A stretch of DNA of 64,000 bases from the NCBI GenBank assembly GCA_041168905.1, contig JBEEJZ010000027.1:8005-72004 (forward strand), read 5' to 3'. Below the pieces are notes generated by a model. The model saw only the letters and a program-made list of their open reading frames with translations, searched no databases and was not told where the DNA came from. The position numbers and the translations under genes are program-made. This document shows positions 24,007-33,603 of the stretch, in pieces; within the stretch, counting starts at the first letter, position 1, and each line of letters opens with the position of its first letter. The stretch comes from Pseudomonadota bacterium. Lineage in GTDB: Bacteria; Pseudomonadota; Gammaproteobacteria; Burkholderiales; Burkholderiaceae_C.

Positions 24007-25908
24007 TTAATTCGGCTGGCCCAGACGCCACTGCGCCATGGCCGCAAGCCGGAACGGGGCATTGGCCGCGCCATAGCCGTCGTAGCCACCGCGCCGCTCC
24101 ACCAACTCGAAGTGAAAGCGGTCGTCGAAGGGCGTGAGGTAAAGCTGAAGGAATTCGCCACCTTGGGCGTCACGGTCGTAAAAAATGCCCAGCTCACGCA
24201 TGGCGGCCAACAAAGCGGCGTCCAGATCAAAGCGGGCGGCGAGGTCATCGTAGTAGTTGTCGGGCACAGGCAGCAGCGGAGCGCCGGCGGCTTGCAAGGC
24301 TCGGGCAGTGGCCACCAGATTGCCCATGGCCAGGGCGATTTGCTGAACACCGCCACCGCGAAAGTGCGACACGGCACGCGAAGCCGAGGTGTTCTCGCGT
24401 TCAGACACGGTGATGGACACACGCACCGCATGGTCGGCAGACTCGATCTCGCGGCTACGGATGACGCCGTAGGGGTCGTGCATCACCACGCTGCGTTCGG
24501 GCTGCAGGCCCAGCACGGCCCGGTGGAACAAGACCCAGGGCTCGACCTGCCCCCCGGGCACCACTTGCACCAGGTGGTCAAAGCGGGCCCCTGCGCCGTG
24601 CCCTGTGGCGCTCAGAGCTGCTTCGTCCATCACGAAGTCGGCCTCAAAGGGATGACGACCGTTCACAGGCGCCTCGCAGAAGTACAGCAGGCTGCCGTCG
24701 GGCGTGCGCACCGCCGGAATTGCCAGCTCGTGCAGCCCCAGACGACCGGCCACGCGTGGGCATTGCAAGGCTTCCGCGCGGGCCAGAGCCCCGGCGGTAT
24801 CGGCGGTGGACAGCGCCAGCGCACAAGCCGAGGTGCCGTGCAGCTCGAAATGCGCACGCGCCGCCGAGTCTTCCTCCAGGTTGATGACGATGCGGACCTC
24901 GCCCAGGCCAAACAACTCGACTTGCTTGGAACGATGGCGGCCGATACGGGCAAAACCCGCGCTTTGCAGCCACTCCACCAGGCGTGCGCCGCTAGCCGGG
25001 TCTACCGCAAATTCCACAAAGGCCCAGCCGGTGTAGACCGGCGCTGCGGGTGGGGCGAACAGGGGCACTTTGTAAGGGGGTACGGCGGGCGCGTGGCTGA
25101 GGCGCACCTGCTCTTCCAGCCACAGGAGCGAACGCATGGCGTCGACCGCGTTGGCCCGCGCCGGCGCGGAGCGGAATTCGTCGTTGAAGATTTCGAGCGA
25201 CAGCGGGCCGGTGTAACCCGCATCGATGACGGCGCGGGTGAAGCGAGCCATCTCAAATTCGCCCTGCCCCGGAAAGCAGCGGTAGTGGCGACTGTGGGTG
25301 AGCACATCGGTGTTCACCCAGGGCGCATCGGCCAGCTGCAAAAAGAAGATCTTGTCGCCCGGCAACTGGGCGATCGGGTCAGGGTTGTCGCGCAGCGACA
25401 GCGTGTGAAAGCTGTCCAGTGCCAGACCCAGGTGCGGATGATTGACCCGGCGCACCACTTCCCACACCTGTGAAAACAGCTTGATCTTGCTGCCCCAGGC
25501 CAGCGCCTCGTAGGCCACAAACATGCCGCGTCGACCCGCGCGCTCGGCCAGCTGTGCAAACTGCTCGGCCAGCTGGTCGTAGTCTGACAAGGCATCGGGC
25601 TGGACGTTGGAGCACACCAGAATCATCTGGGTGCCCAGCTCCTGCATCACATCGAACTTGCGCTCTGCCCGTTCCAGGTTGCGGGCCACCTGCGCAGCAG
25701 TGGTGCCGTCAAAGTCCCGAAAAGGCTGAAACAGGTCGATGGTCAGGCCCAGGTCCTCGCAAATGCGGCGCACCTCCCGTGGCGAGCCCGGAAACTGCAG
25801 CAGATCGTTTTCAAAAATCTCGACGCCGTCAAAGCGCGCTGCGGCTGCCGCCTGCAGCTTTTCGCGCAACATGCCGGAGAGAGAGACGGTGGCAATGGAA
25901 CGGCGCAT
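24007..25908 (-). CDS. quiC: 3-dehydroshikimate dehydratase, fused xylose-isomerase-like TIM barrel + HPPD/VOC-like domain (QuiC1/QsuB type)
   Basis: 633 aa. N-terminal sugar-phosphate-isomerase-like half (RRSIATVSLSG...) and a C-terminal 4-HPPD-like half ending GNFRALF-type residues (NAPFRLAAM). The flanking genes are aroQ and aroE-like. Confidence 0.8.
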   Translation of the reverse strand: MRRSIATVSLSGMLREKLQAAAAARFDGVEIFENDLLQFPGSPREVRRICEDLGLTIDLFQPFRDFDGTTAAQVARNLERAERKFDVMQELGTQMILVCSNVQPDALSDYDQLAEQFAQLAERAGRRGMFVAYEALAWGSKIKLFSQVWEVVRRVNHPHLGLALDSFHTLSLRDNPDPIAQLPGDKIFFLQLADAPWVNTDVLTHSRHYRCFPGQGEFEMARFTRAVIDAGYTGPLSLEIFNDEFRSAPARANAVDAMRSLLWLEEQVRLSHAPAVPPYKVPLFAPPAAPVYTGWAFVEFAVDPASGARLVEWLQSAGFARIGRHRSKQVELFGLGEVRIVINLEEDSAARAHFELHGTSACALALSTADTAGALARAEALQCPRVAGRLGLHELAIPAVRTPDGSLLYFCEAPVNGRHPFEADFVMDEAALSATGHGAGARFDHLVQVVPGGQVEPWVLFHRAVLGLQPERSVVMHDPYGVIRSREIESADHAVRVSITVSERENTSASRAVSHFRGGGVQQIALAMGNLVATARALQAAGAPLLPVPDNYYDDLAARFDLDAALLAAMRELGIFYDRDAQGGEFLQLYLTPFDDRFHFELVERRGGYDGYGAANAPFRLAAMAQWRLGQPN

Positions 25909-25932
25909 GATGGCTGGGTCTCGGATTCGGAT

Positions 25933-26379
25933 TTAGGCCTTGGCGGCCTGAGCGGCGGACACACCGGCGCGCAAGGCCAGCAAATAGCTGTCGGCACCAA
26001 AGCCGCAAATCTGGCCCTTGACGATTTCAGCAAACACCGACTTGTGGCGAAATTCCTCGCGGGCATGGATGTTGGACATGTGCAGCTCGACGATGGGGCA
26101 GGTGAGCACGGCCAGCGCGTCGCGAATGCCATAGCTGTAGTGCGTCCAGGCGCCGGCATTGATCAGCACGGCATCGACGTTGTCGAAGTAGCCCTGGTGA
26201 ATACGGTCGCACATGGCGCCTTCGTCATTGGTCTGGAAGCACTCGATCTCGGCGCCCAGCTCCTGGCCCAGGGCCACCAGATTGGCGTTGATTTCATCGA
26301 GGGTGATGGTGCCGTACTGCTTGGGGTCGCGCTTGCCAAACATGTTGTGGTTGATGCCGTGCAGCATAAGAACTTTCAT
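25933..26379 (-). CDS. aroQ: Type II 3-dehydroquinate dehydratase
   Basis: 148 aa. The sequence MKVLMLHGINHNMFGKRDPKQYGTITLDEIN...INAGAWTHYSYGIRDAL is characteristic. Confidence 0.95.
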   Translation of the reverse strand: MKVLMLHGINHNMFGKRDPKQYGTITLDEINANLVALGQELGAEIECFQTNDEGAMCDRIHQGYFDNVDAVLINAGAWTHYSYGIRDALAVLTCPIVELHMSNIHAREEFRHKSVFAEIVKGQICGFGADSYLLALRAGVSAAQAAKA

Positions 26380-26402
26380 GGGTCGCTCCAGGTATTAAAG
26401 AA

Positions 26403-27473
26403 TTAAAGACGAACGGTCTGGCCGGTCTTGGCGGCTTCAACAATGGCTTCGGTCACGCGCAGGTTCAGCAGCCCATCGGAGGCGCTGACCAACGGGTCCA
26501 CCTTGCCCTTGATCACTTGCACAAAGTGCTCGATCTGGTGTTTGAGCGGATCGTCGCGCACCATGCCCACGGTGCCGACTTCAAATTCTTTCCACCACGA
26601 ACGGTCTTCGGGGCGGGGGTAGGTCTTCAGGCGCATGGTGGGCACCGACAGGCTGCCGTTGGTGCCAGAAATCACGTAGCAATCTTCGTCGGTGTAGGTG
26701 GTGTAGGCCTTGTTTTCCTGGCTGGTCTGCTCCCAGCTGCGGGGGCTGGCGGCGGTGTCGCTCAGCAAAAAAGTGCCCAGCACGCCATTGGCAAAACGCA
26801 GATTGATGGCCACCGTGTCTTCCACCGCATAGCCACGCGTGGCATTCGAGGCAAAGGCTTGCACCGCCGAGATATCGCCACACAGCATGCGCAGGTTGTG
26901 CACCTCGTGAATCATGTTCAACAGGATCGGGCCACCGCCTGGTTCAGTGCGCCAGGGGCCCTGCGCAAAGTACGCATCGGGCTTCAAAAAAGTGGCGCTG
27001 CCCTGGATGGCCACCAGCCGACCCAGCTGCCCGGACTCGATCACCTGCCTTGCCTTGGCCATGATGGGGCTGTGCGCACGGTGATGACCGATCAGCACCC
27101 GGGCCCCGGTCTGGGCCACCGCATCGACCAGCGTCTGGCCTTCTGCCACTGTGGTGGCGATGGGTTTTTCCAGCAGGATGGGCAAGCCTGCCGCGATGCA
27201 TTGCATGGCCTGCGGCACATGCAGGAAATTGGGAGTGGCCAGGATCAGGCCGTCAGGCCGCTCCTGCGCCAGCAAGTCGTCCATCGACGCAAACAGGGGC
27301 ACCCCTGCCTGCGCCGCCACCGCCTGAGCATGCGTCGAGGGATCCACCACCGCACACAACTGCGCGCTGGGGCTGGCCTGCAGGACGGCCATATGGGCCT
27401 GCCCAATGACACCAGCGCCAGCAATCGCGATGCGGACCTTTGACATGAGTGGGGTAGATAAAAGAGATGACAA
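26403..27473 (-). CDS. Gfo/Idh/MocA family oxidoreductase
   Basis: 356 aa with VRIAIAGAGVIGQAHMAVL Rossmann and EKP motifs (ILLEKPIA). The start may be the internal MSKVRIA at 27446. Confidence 0.85.
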   Translation of the reverse strand: MSSLLSTPLMSKVRIAIAGAGVIGQAHMAVLQASPSAQLCAVVDPSTHAQAVAAQAGVPLFASMDDLLAQERPDGLILATPNFLHVPQAMQCIAAGLPILLEKPIATTVAEGQTLVDAVAQTGARVLIGHHRAHSPIMAKARQVIESGQLGRLVAIQGSATFLKPDAYFAQGPWRTEPGGGPILLNMIHEVHNLRMLCGDISAVQAFASNATRGYAVEDTVAINLRFANGVLGTFLLSDTAASPRSWEQTSQENKAYTTYTDEDCYVISGTNGSLSVPTMRLKTYPRPEDRSWWKEFEVGTVGMVRDDPLKHQIEHFVQVIKGKVDPLVSASDGLLNLRVTEAIVEAAKTGQTVRL

Positions 27474-27480
27474 ATTTGCA

Positions 27481-27518
27481 GAGAAAAAGCGACCGCGCGC
27501 ATCCTGTGCTGCGGTCGC
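27481..27518 (-). terminator. Rho-independent terminator candidate after dctP
   Basis: On the minus strand: GCGACCGC-N14-GCGGTCGC (8-bp perfect stem) followed by TTTTTCTC. Lies 21 bp after the dctP stop. Confidence 0.5.
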
Positions 27519-27538
27519 CTCAGGCGCCCGGGGGCGAT

Positions 27539-28543
27539 TTACTTGCGCAGCTTGGCCAGTTCGGCTTGCACGTCAGCCACGGTGGCTGCGATGGGGCCGC
27601 TGTGCTTCTCGATGACGGGCTTCATCTTTTCACGCAGTTTGGCCACTTCAGCGGCAGGGAAGGATGTCACGGTCATGCCGTTCTTCTTCAGCAGCTCCAG
27701 ATTGGCGGCCACAGCGGCACGGGCGCCTTCACGCTGAGCCTTGACAGCTTCGTCTGCAGAGTCATCAATGATCTTGCGTTCTGCGGCGCTCAGCGTGTCC
27801 CAGACCTTCTTGCTGAAAATCACCGACTGCGGGTTGTATTGGTGGTTGGTCAGCGCCAGGTATTTTTGAACTTCATAGAACTTGCTGGAAGCAATCACGG
27901 AGATGGGGTTTTCCTGTCCGTCGATGGCCTTTTGCTCCAGCGCGGCGTACACCTCGGGGAACGGCAGCGGCGTCGGGTTGGCGCCCAGAGCCTTGACCCA
28001 GTCGACATTGATGGCGTTCGGGATGACGCGCAGCTTCAGGCCCTCGACATCCTCAACCTTCAGCAAGGGGCGCTTGCTGTTGGTGATGTTGCGAAAACCC
28101 AGTTCCCAATACGACAGGCCCACGATGCCCTTGTCTTCCAGTGCCGCGTGCATCTTCTTGCCGACAGGCCCATCAACGATGGCATCAGCCTCTTTCTCGT
28201 TGGCGAACAGGAAGGGGAAGTCGAACACTTCCAGCGCCTTGACCTCGCTGGCCAGGATGCCAGAGTTCATGACACCCATTTCCACCGTGCCGCCCTTGAT
28301 GGCAGACAAGGTGGCCTGGTCACTACCCAGGGTACCGCCAATGAACAACTGCACCTTGATCTTGCCACCCGAACGGGCTTCCACGGCTTCCTTGAACTTC
28401 TTCATGCCGACCACGGAAGGGTGACCGTCGTTACCGTTGGTACCGAACTTGAGCGTGCGCTCCTTGATGTCCTGGGCCGAGGCTACGCCCATGGCGGCAA
28501 CAGCAACAGTGGCGAGTACAGATTTGATGAACAGACGTTTCAT
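27539..28543 (-). CDS. dctP: TRAP transporter substrate-binding protein (DctP family)
   Basis: Start chosen at MKRLFIKSVLATVAVAAMGVASAQD (signal peptide), giving 334 aa. Typical DctP sequence, including NPISVIASSKFYEVQKYL. Confidence 0.9.
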   Translation of the reverse strand: MKRLFIKSVLATVAVAAMGVASAQDIKERTLKFGTNGNDGHPSVVGMKKFKEAVEARSGGKIKVQLFIGGTLGSDQATLSAIKGGTVEMGVMNSGILASEVKALEVFDFPFLFANEKEADAIVDGPVGKKMHAALEDKGIVGLSYWELGFRNITNSKRPLLKVEDVEGLKLRVIPNAINVDWVKALGANPTPLPFPEVYAALEQKAIDGQENPISVIASSKFYEVQKYLALTNHQYNPQSVIFSKKVWDTLSAAERKIIDDSADEAVKAQREGARAAVAANLELLKKNGMTVTSFPAAEVAKLREKMKPVIEKHSGPIAATVADVQAELAKLRK

Positions 28544-28635
28544 GGTTTTGTCTCCTGGACAGAGGGTTGAAAAAGGATGTACGCAAAACATGTCACCCGG
28601 CATGGCGCACCCATACACGCCGGGCTAAAAAAAGC

Positions 28636-29913
28636 TCAATAGAACCAGCGGGCCGGCACCATCACCAACTGAGGAAAGGCCACCATCAGGAACATGATGA
28701 TGAACTGGGCAATCATGAAGGGCACCACGCCTTTGGTCACCTCATCCATGGTGATCTTGCCGGCGCCCGCGACCGCGTTGAGCACGGTGCCCACCGGCGG
28801 CGTGATCAGGCCTATGGCGTTGTTGATGATGAACAGGACCCCAAAGTAAACAGGGTCGATGCCTGCGGCCTTCACCACTGGCATCAGCACCGGGGTCAGC
28901 AGCAGGATCGTGGGCGTCATGTCCAGGGCCGTGCCCACCACCATGGTCAACAGCATGATGCACAGCATCAGCAGGCGCGGGCTGTCCAGCAGGGGTTGCA
29001 GCAATTCCACAATCTGGCCTGGCAGGTTGGCCACCGTGATCAGCCAGGCAGACACCATGGCAGCCGCCACCAGGAACATCACCACCGCGCTGGTCTTGGA
29101 CGCGGAAATGAAAATGGGCAGCAGTTTCTTGAAGCTGAGCTCGCGGTAAATCACCGTGGAGACAAACAGCGAGTACACCGCAGCCACCACAGCCGCCTCG
29201 GTGGGGGTGAAGATGCCGAACTTCAAACCGAACACGATGATGAAGGGCAGCACCAGAGCCCAGGTCGCCAGGCGCAGCGCCTGCAGGATCTCGGCCATGC
29301 TTTTGCGGGGTGGTGGAGTCACTTGTTCACTGCGAACCAGCCACCACCAGGTCGCCACCAGCGACAAGGCCAGCATGACACCCGGAAAGATGCCGGCCAT
29401 GAACAGCTTGGAAATGGACACACCACCGGCCACACCGAATACCACGAAACCGATGCTGGGCGGGATGATGGGCGCAATGATGCCGCCCGAGGCAATCAAG
29501 CCGGCAGAGCGAGCCTTGTCATGGCCGGCGGCCACCATCATGGGCAGCAAGAGGGCCGTCAGGGCCGCAGCATCGGCCACTGCGGAACCCGACAAGGAGG
29601 CCATGATCACGGCGGCCACGATGGTGACATAGCCTAGCCCGCCTTTGATGTGACCCACCAGCGCCATCGCAAAGTTGACAATGCGCTTGGACAAACCACC
29701 GGCGTTCATGATTTCACCGGCCAGCATGAAGAATGGAACAGCCAGCAGGGGGAAGCTGTTGGCACCTTCGAGCAGGTTTTGCGCCAGGATCTGGGCATCG
29801 AAATTGCCCATGTGCACCATCAACGCCACACCGCACAACAGCAGCGCGAAGGCAATGGGCACGCCCAGGGCCATGGCGGCGATCAGGGAACCCAGAAAAA
29901 CAATGACAGTCAT
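28636..29913 (-). CDS. dctM: TRAP transporter large permease (DctM)
   Basis: 425 aa, about 12 TM segments, typical DctM sequence. Confidence 0.92.
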   Translation of the reverse strand: MTVIVFLGSLIAAMALGVPIAFALLLCGVALMVHMGNFDAQILAQNLLEGANSFPLLAVPFFMLAGEIMNAGGLSKRIVNFAMALVGHIKGGLGYVTIVAAVIMASLSGSAVADAAALTALLLPMMVAAGHDKARSAGLIASGGIIAPIIPPSIGFVVFGVAGGVSISKLFMAGIFPGVMLALSLVATWWWLVRSEQVTPPPRKSMAEILQALRLATWALVLPFIIVFGLKFGIFTPTEAAVVAAVYSLFVSTVIYRELSFKKLLPIFISASKTSAVVMFLVAAAMVSAWLITVANLPGQIVELLQPLLDSPRLLMLCIMLLTMVVGTALDMTPTILLLTPVLMPVVKAAGIDPVYFGVLFIINNAIGLITPPVGTVLNAVAGAGKITMDEVTKGVVPFMIAQFIIMFLMVAFPQLVMVPARWFY

Positions 29914-29927
29914 GATGGTTCTCTCAA

Positions 29928-30485
29928 TTAACGGGTGGAAGTGGCCTCGGATTCACCGTGCGGCGCTTCTTCGGATTCCTGGATGAGCATGAGGTGGTCA
30001 TCGTCGATTTGTCCGGTGATCAGGCGATACAGGTCCAGCAGCAAAATCGGCGCACCCAGCACGGCGAATACCATGCCGCTGGCGTAGAACCAGCCCATGG
30101 AGGCCTCCATCACCGGGCTCTCGGAGTCGCGGTTGATGCGGAACTGCTCCAGGCTGCCCTTGAAGAGCAGCCACAGGCAGTACAGCATCAAGGCCAGGGA
30201 CAGGCCCATGCAGATGCGCTTGCCCAGAGGGCCCAGCTTGCCCACCAGCATGTCGGTGCCCAAATGAGCGTTGTCGCGCAGGGCGACCACAGCACCCAGG
30301 AAGGTGAGCCACACAAACAGCCAGCGTGAGAGTTCTTCAGACAGGGTAAAGCCGGAATTGAAGCCGTAGCGCATCACCACGTTGCCGAACACCAGCACCA
30401 CCATCACCGCCATCGCGGCAGCGATCAGGTAGCCGATCACGTGGCAGTACCCGTCTATCAGTTTTCTCACCATTCGAATCTCCAA
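29928..30485 (-). CDS. dctQ: TRAP transporter small permease (DctQ)
   Basis: 185 aa with 4 TM segments, immediately upstream of dctM. The start may be at 30473. Confidence 0.85.
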   Translation of the reverse strand: MEIRMVRKLIDGYCHVIGYLIAAAMAVMVVLVFGNVVMRYGFNSGFTLSEELSRWLFVWLTFLGAVVALRDNAHLGTDMLVGKLGPLGKRICMGLSLALMLYCLWLLFKGSLEQFRINRDSESPVMEASMGWFYASGMVFAVLGAPILLLDLYRLITGQIDDDHLMLIQESEEAPHGESEATSTR

Positions 30486-30602
30486 TTGCTTGTTGCCAGG
30501 AAATTATGTACGAACTGGTTAGTTTTTTTATTGGTAGAAACCCTAATGCCATCTCCAGCGGCTTGAGGTAGCCGACTGGAGGTCTGCCCGTCGCTGCAGG
30601 TG

Positions 30603-31298
30603 TCAGTCGGCGCGCACAAAGCGCACCAGCATGTCGACGATGTTGCTGCGCCGGGCCACCAGGGCGGCCGTGGCGGCGGTGTCTGTCTTGAAGATCAGGC
30701 CGAAGGAATGGCGGTTGGAGACATTGAAAAACGTCAGCGCCGAGATCGAGGCGTGGATGTCCAGCGGGTCCAGCCCGGGCCGGAAAACGCCTTGCGCCAC
30801 CCCGCGGTCATACAGTTTGCGGATGGCCGCAATGGCGGGCACATTGAGTTCCTGAATGATCTTGCTTTGCGCCAGAAACTGCCCGCGCTGCATGTTCTCG
30901 GACATCACCAGGCGGATGTACTGCTCGTTGCTCAGGTGGTGATCGAAGGTGAACTCCACCAGGCGGCGCAAGGCCTGCTCGGGCGCCAGGTCCTCCAGAT
31001 GCAGATCGGACTCGATGGAACGCATCAGCCGGTACTGCTCTTCCAGCACGGCAAGGTACAGACCTTCCTTGCTACCGAAGTAGTAGTAGATCATGCGCTT
31101 GCTGGTCTGGGTGGCGGCGGCGATTTCGTCGATGCGCGCGCCTGTCAGGCCCTTCTCGGCGAACTCGGCCGTGGCCACCGCCAGGATGCCGGCCATGGTG
31201 CGGGCCGGGTCGTTGGTGCGCGTGGTTTCACGCCCAGCCGTCTTGCGGCCCGCTGGCACTGGCGTCGTTGCGACTGCAAGATGTACTGGTTCGTTCAT
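30603..31298 (-). CDS. TetR/AcrR family transcriptional regulator
   Basis: HTH region ILAVATAEFAEKGLTGARIDEIAAATQTSKRMIYYYFGSKEGLY. I start at MNEPVHL (31298) rather than at 31340. Confidence 0.88.
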   Translation of the reverse strand: MNEPVHLAVATTPVPAGRKTAGRETTRTNDPARTMAGILAVATAEFAEKGLTGARIDEIAAATQTSKRMIYYYFGSKEGLYLAVLEEQYRLMRSIESDLHLEDLAPEQALRRLVEFTFDHHLSNEQYIRLVMSENMQRGQFLAQSKIIQELNVPAIAAIRKLYDRGVAQGVFRPGLDPLDIHASISALTFFNVSNRHSFGLIFKTDTAATAALVARRSNIVDMLVRFVRAD

Positions 31299-31367
31299 TT
31301 TGGGGAGTATAGGCTTGATGCGGAGTGCGCGGGCATACACCGCACTTGCACAGGCCTGCGCGCAGGC

Positions 31368-32657
31368 TCAGACCGATTCGATCAGGATGGCCCGGAAATC
31401 GTTCACATTGGTCAGCGTGGGCCCGGTCCGCACCGAGTCCCCGAGCCGCTCAAAAAAGCCGTGCCCATTGTTGTTGGCCAGTTCATCACGCGGGCGCAGG
31501 CCCTGGGCCCAGGCGCGGGCCAGGGTGTCGGGCCGCACACAGGCGCCGGCAATTTCTTCCTGGCCATCCACCCCATCGGTATCGCCGGCCAGGGCGTGCA
31601 CGCCAGCGCGACCGTCCAGGGCAATCGCCAGTGCCAGCAGGCATTCGACATTGCGGCCTCCGCGGCCAGTGCCGCGCAAGGTAACAGTGGTTTCGCCACC
31701 CGACAGAAGCACGCAGGGCGCCGCAAAGGGCTGACCACGCTCGGCCACCTGCAGGCTGATCGCCGCCAGCACCTTGCCCACGTCTCGCGCCTCACCCTCG
31801 ATGGCATCACCCAGGATGTGCGCGGCATACCCGGCCTCACGCGCCACCGCAGCAGCGGCTTCCAGCGCCATTTGCGGCGTGGCGATCATGCGGGTCTCGG
31901 CACCGGCCAGACGTGCATCGCCGGGCTTGAGCGACTCGCCCCGGCCGCTTTCAAGCACCTGGCGCACTGGCTCTGGCAGCTCGATGCCGTAGCGGCGCAC
32001 GATGGCCAGCGCGTCTTCGCAAGTCGTGGGGTCGGCCACCGTGGGCCCGGAGGCAATGTCGATGGGCCGATCTCCGGGCACATCGGAGATCAGGAGCGTC
32101 AAGACCCGGGCCGGATGGCAGGCCGCCGCCAGACGCCCGCCTTTGATGCCCGAGAGGTGGCGACGCACGCAGTTCATCTCGGAAATGGTGGCGCCCGAGG
32201 CCAGCAAGGCGCGGTTGACGGCCTGCTTGTGCGCCAGCGTGAGGCCCGGCAGTGGCAGGGGCAGTAGCGAAGAGCCGCCGCCTGAAATCAGGCACAGCAC
32301 CAGATCCTGGGGCGTCAGGCCCTGCACCAGGTCCAGCATGCGCTGGGCCGCCAGCAAACCCGCCTCATCGGGCACCGGGTGGGCAGCTTCCACGATCTCG
32401 ATATGTTCACAGGGCACGGCATAGCCGTAGCGCGTGACCACCAGGCCACTCAAGGCCGACTTCGGCCCGGTCCAGCTGTCTTCCACAGCACGGGCCATGG
32501 CGGCAGACGCCTTGCCAGCACCGATCACCACCAGCCGGCCACCGCCCAGGTCCTGGGGCCGGGGCAGATGGGGCGGAATGCAACGCGCAGGTTGGGCCGA
32601 TGCGATGGCCGCATCAAACAGTTGCCGCAACAGCGTTTGCTGTGGAGTCAGGCTCAT
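31368..32657 (-). CDS. ttuD: Glycerate 2-kinase / hydroxypyruvate reductase-like (MOFRL family)
   Basis: 429 aa containing GRLVVIGAGKASAAMA and a C-terminal MOFRL-like region. Overlaps the glxR stop by 4 bp. Confidence 0.8.
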   Translation of the reverse strand: MSLTPQQTLLRQLFDAAIASAQPARCIPPHLPRPQDLGGGRLVVIGAGKASAAMARAVEDSWTGPKSALSGLVVTRYGYAVPCEHIEIVEAAHPVPDEAGLLAAQRMLDLVQGLTPQDLVLCLISGGGSSLLPLPLPGLTLAHKQAVNRALLASGATISEMNCVRRHLSGIKGGRLAAACHPARVLTLLISDVPGDRPIDIASGPTVADPTTCEDALAIVRRYGIELPEPVRQVLESGRGESLKPGDARLAGAETRMIATPQMALEAAAAVAREAGYAAHILGDAIEGEARDVGKVLAAISLQVAERGQPFAAPCVLLSGGETTVTLRGTGRGGRNVECLLALAIALDGRAGVHALAGDTDGVDGQEEIAGACVRPDTLARAWAQGLRPRDELANNNGHGFFERLGDSVRTGPTLTNVNDFRAILIESV

Positions 32658-33556
32658 GGTGTTTGTCCAATTTCGAAATTGGCCATATTTTCCAACGCCC
32701 GCACCATGGCGCTGTGGTCCCAGGCCTTGCCGCCGTGCGCCACGCAGCTGTTGAACAACTCCTGCGCCGTGGCCGTATTGGGCAAGGACACGCCCAGCAA
32801 GCGGGCACTGTTGAGTGCCAGGTTCAGGTCTTTCTGATGCAGCTCGATGCGAAAGCCGGGGTCGAAGGTGCGCTTCACCATGCGCTCGCCATGCACCTCC
32901 AGGATCTTGCTCGAAGCAAACCCACCCATCAGTGCCTGACGCACACGCGCCGGATCTGCGCCTGCCTTGGCCGCAAACAGCAGCGCCTCACCCACGGCCT
33001 CGATATTGAGCGCCACGATGATCTGATTGGCGACCTTGGCTGTTTGGCCGTCGCCCACGCCCCCGACCAGGGTGATGTTCTTGCCCATCAGCTCGAACAG
33101 GGGCCGGATGCGGGCAAACACCTGCTCGTCGCCCCCCACCATGATGGACAGGGTCGCGTTCCTGGCCCCGACTTGCCCACCCGACACCGGAGCGTCCATG
33201 TAGTCGCAGCCCAGGGCCTTGATTTTTTGTGCAAAGGTCTTGGTGGCGATGGGGGAGATCGAGCTCATGTCCACCACGGTTTTGCCCGGGGTCAGACCGG
33301 CAGCAACGCCGGCATCGCCAAAGAGCACGGTCTCTACGTCGGGCGTGTCGGGCAGCATGGTGAAGATGATGTCGGCGCGCTCGGCCACACCACGGGCACT
33401 GGTGCACTGGGTGGCCGTGCTGCTGGCGATCGCCTCGGGCACCTTGCTGCGGGTGTACACAAACAGCTGGTGCCCGGCCGCGATGAGGTGCCCCACCATG
33501 GGAGTGCCCATGATGCCCAGGCCGATGAATCCAATGCGAAGTGAGGTGGAAGTCAT
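32654..33556 (-). CDS. glxR: 2-hydroxy-3-oxopropionate (tartronate semialdehyde) reductase
   Basis: 300 aa. IGFIGLGIMGTPMVGHL NAD-binding motif, 3-hydroxyisobutyrate-dehydrogenase fold. Operon context with gcl and hyi. Confidence 0.88.
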   Translation of the reverse strand: MTSTSLRIGFIGLGIMGTPMVGHLIAAGHQLFVYTRSKVPEAIASSTATQCTSARGVAERADIIFTMLPDTPDVETVLFGDAGVAAGLTPGKTVVDMSSISPIATKTFAQKIKALGCDYMDAPVSGGQVGARNATLSIMVGGDEQVFARIRPLFELMGKNITLVGGVGDGQTAKVANQIIVALNIEAVGEALLFAAKAGADPARVRQALMGGFASSKILEVHGERMVKRTFDPGFRIELHQKDLNLALNSARLLGVSLPNTATAQELFNSCVAHGGKAWDHSAMVRALENMANFEIGQTP

Positions 33557-33603
33557 GTTTGTCTGCTTTCAGTTTGGATCAGAAAAATCAGGGGATCAGG
33601 GGC

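Noticed and set aside
30600-32267. 555-aa plus-strand ORF
   Set aside because: Antisense to the TetR and glycerate kinase genes, with no motifs.
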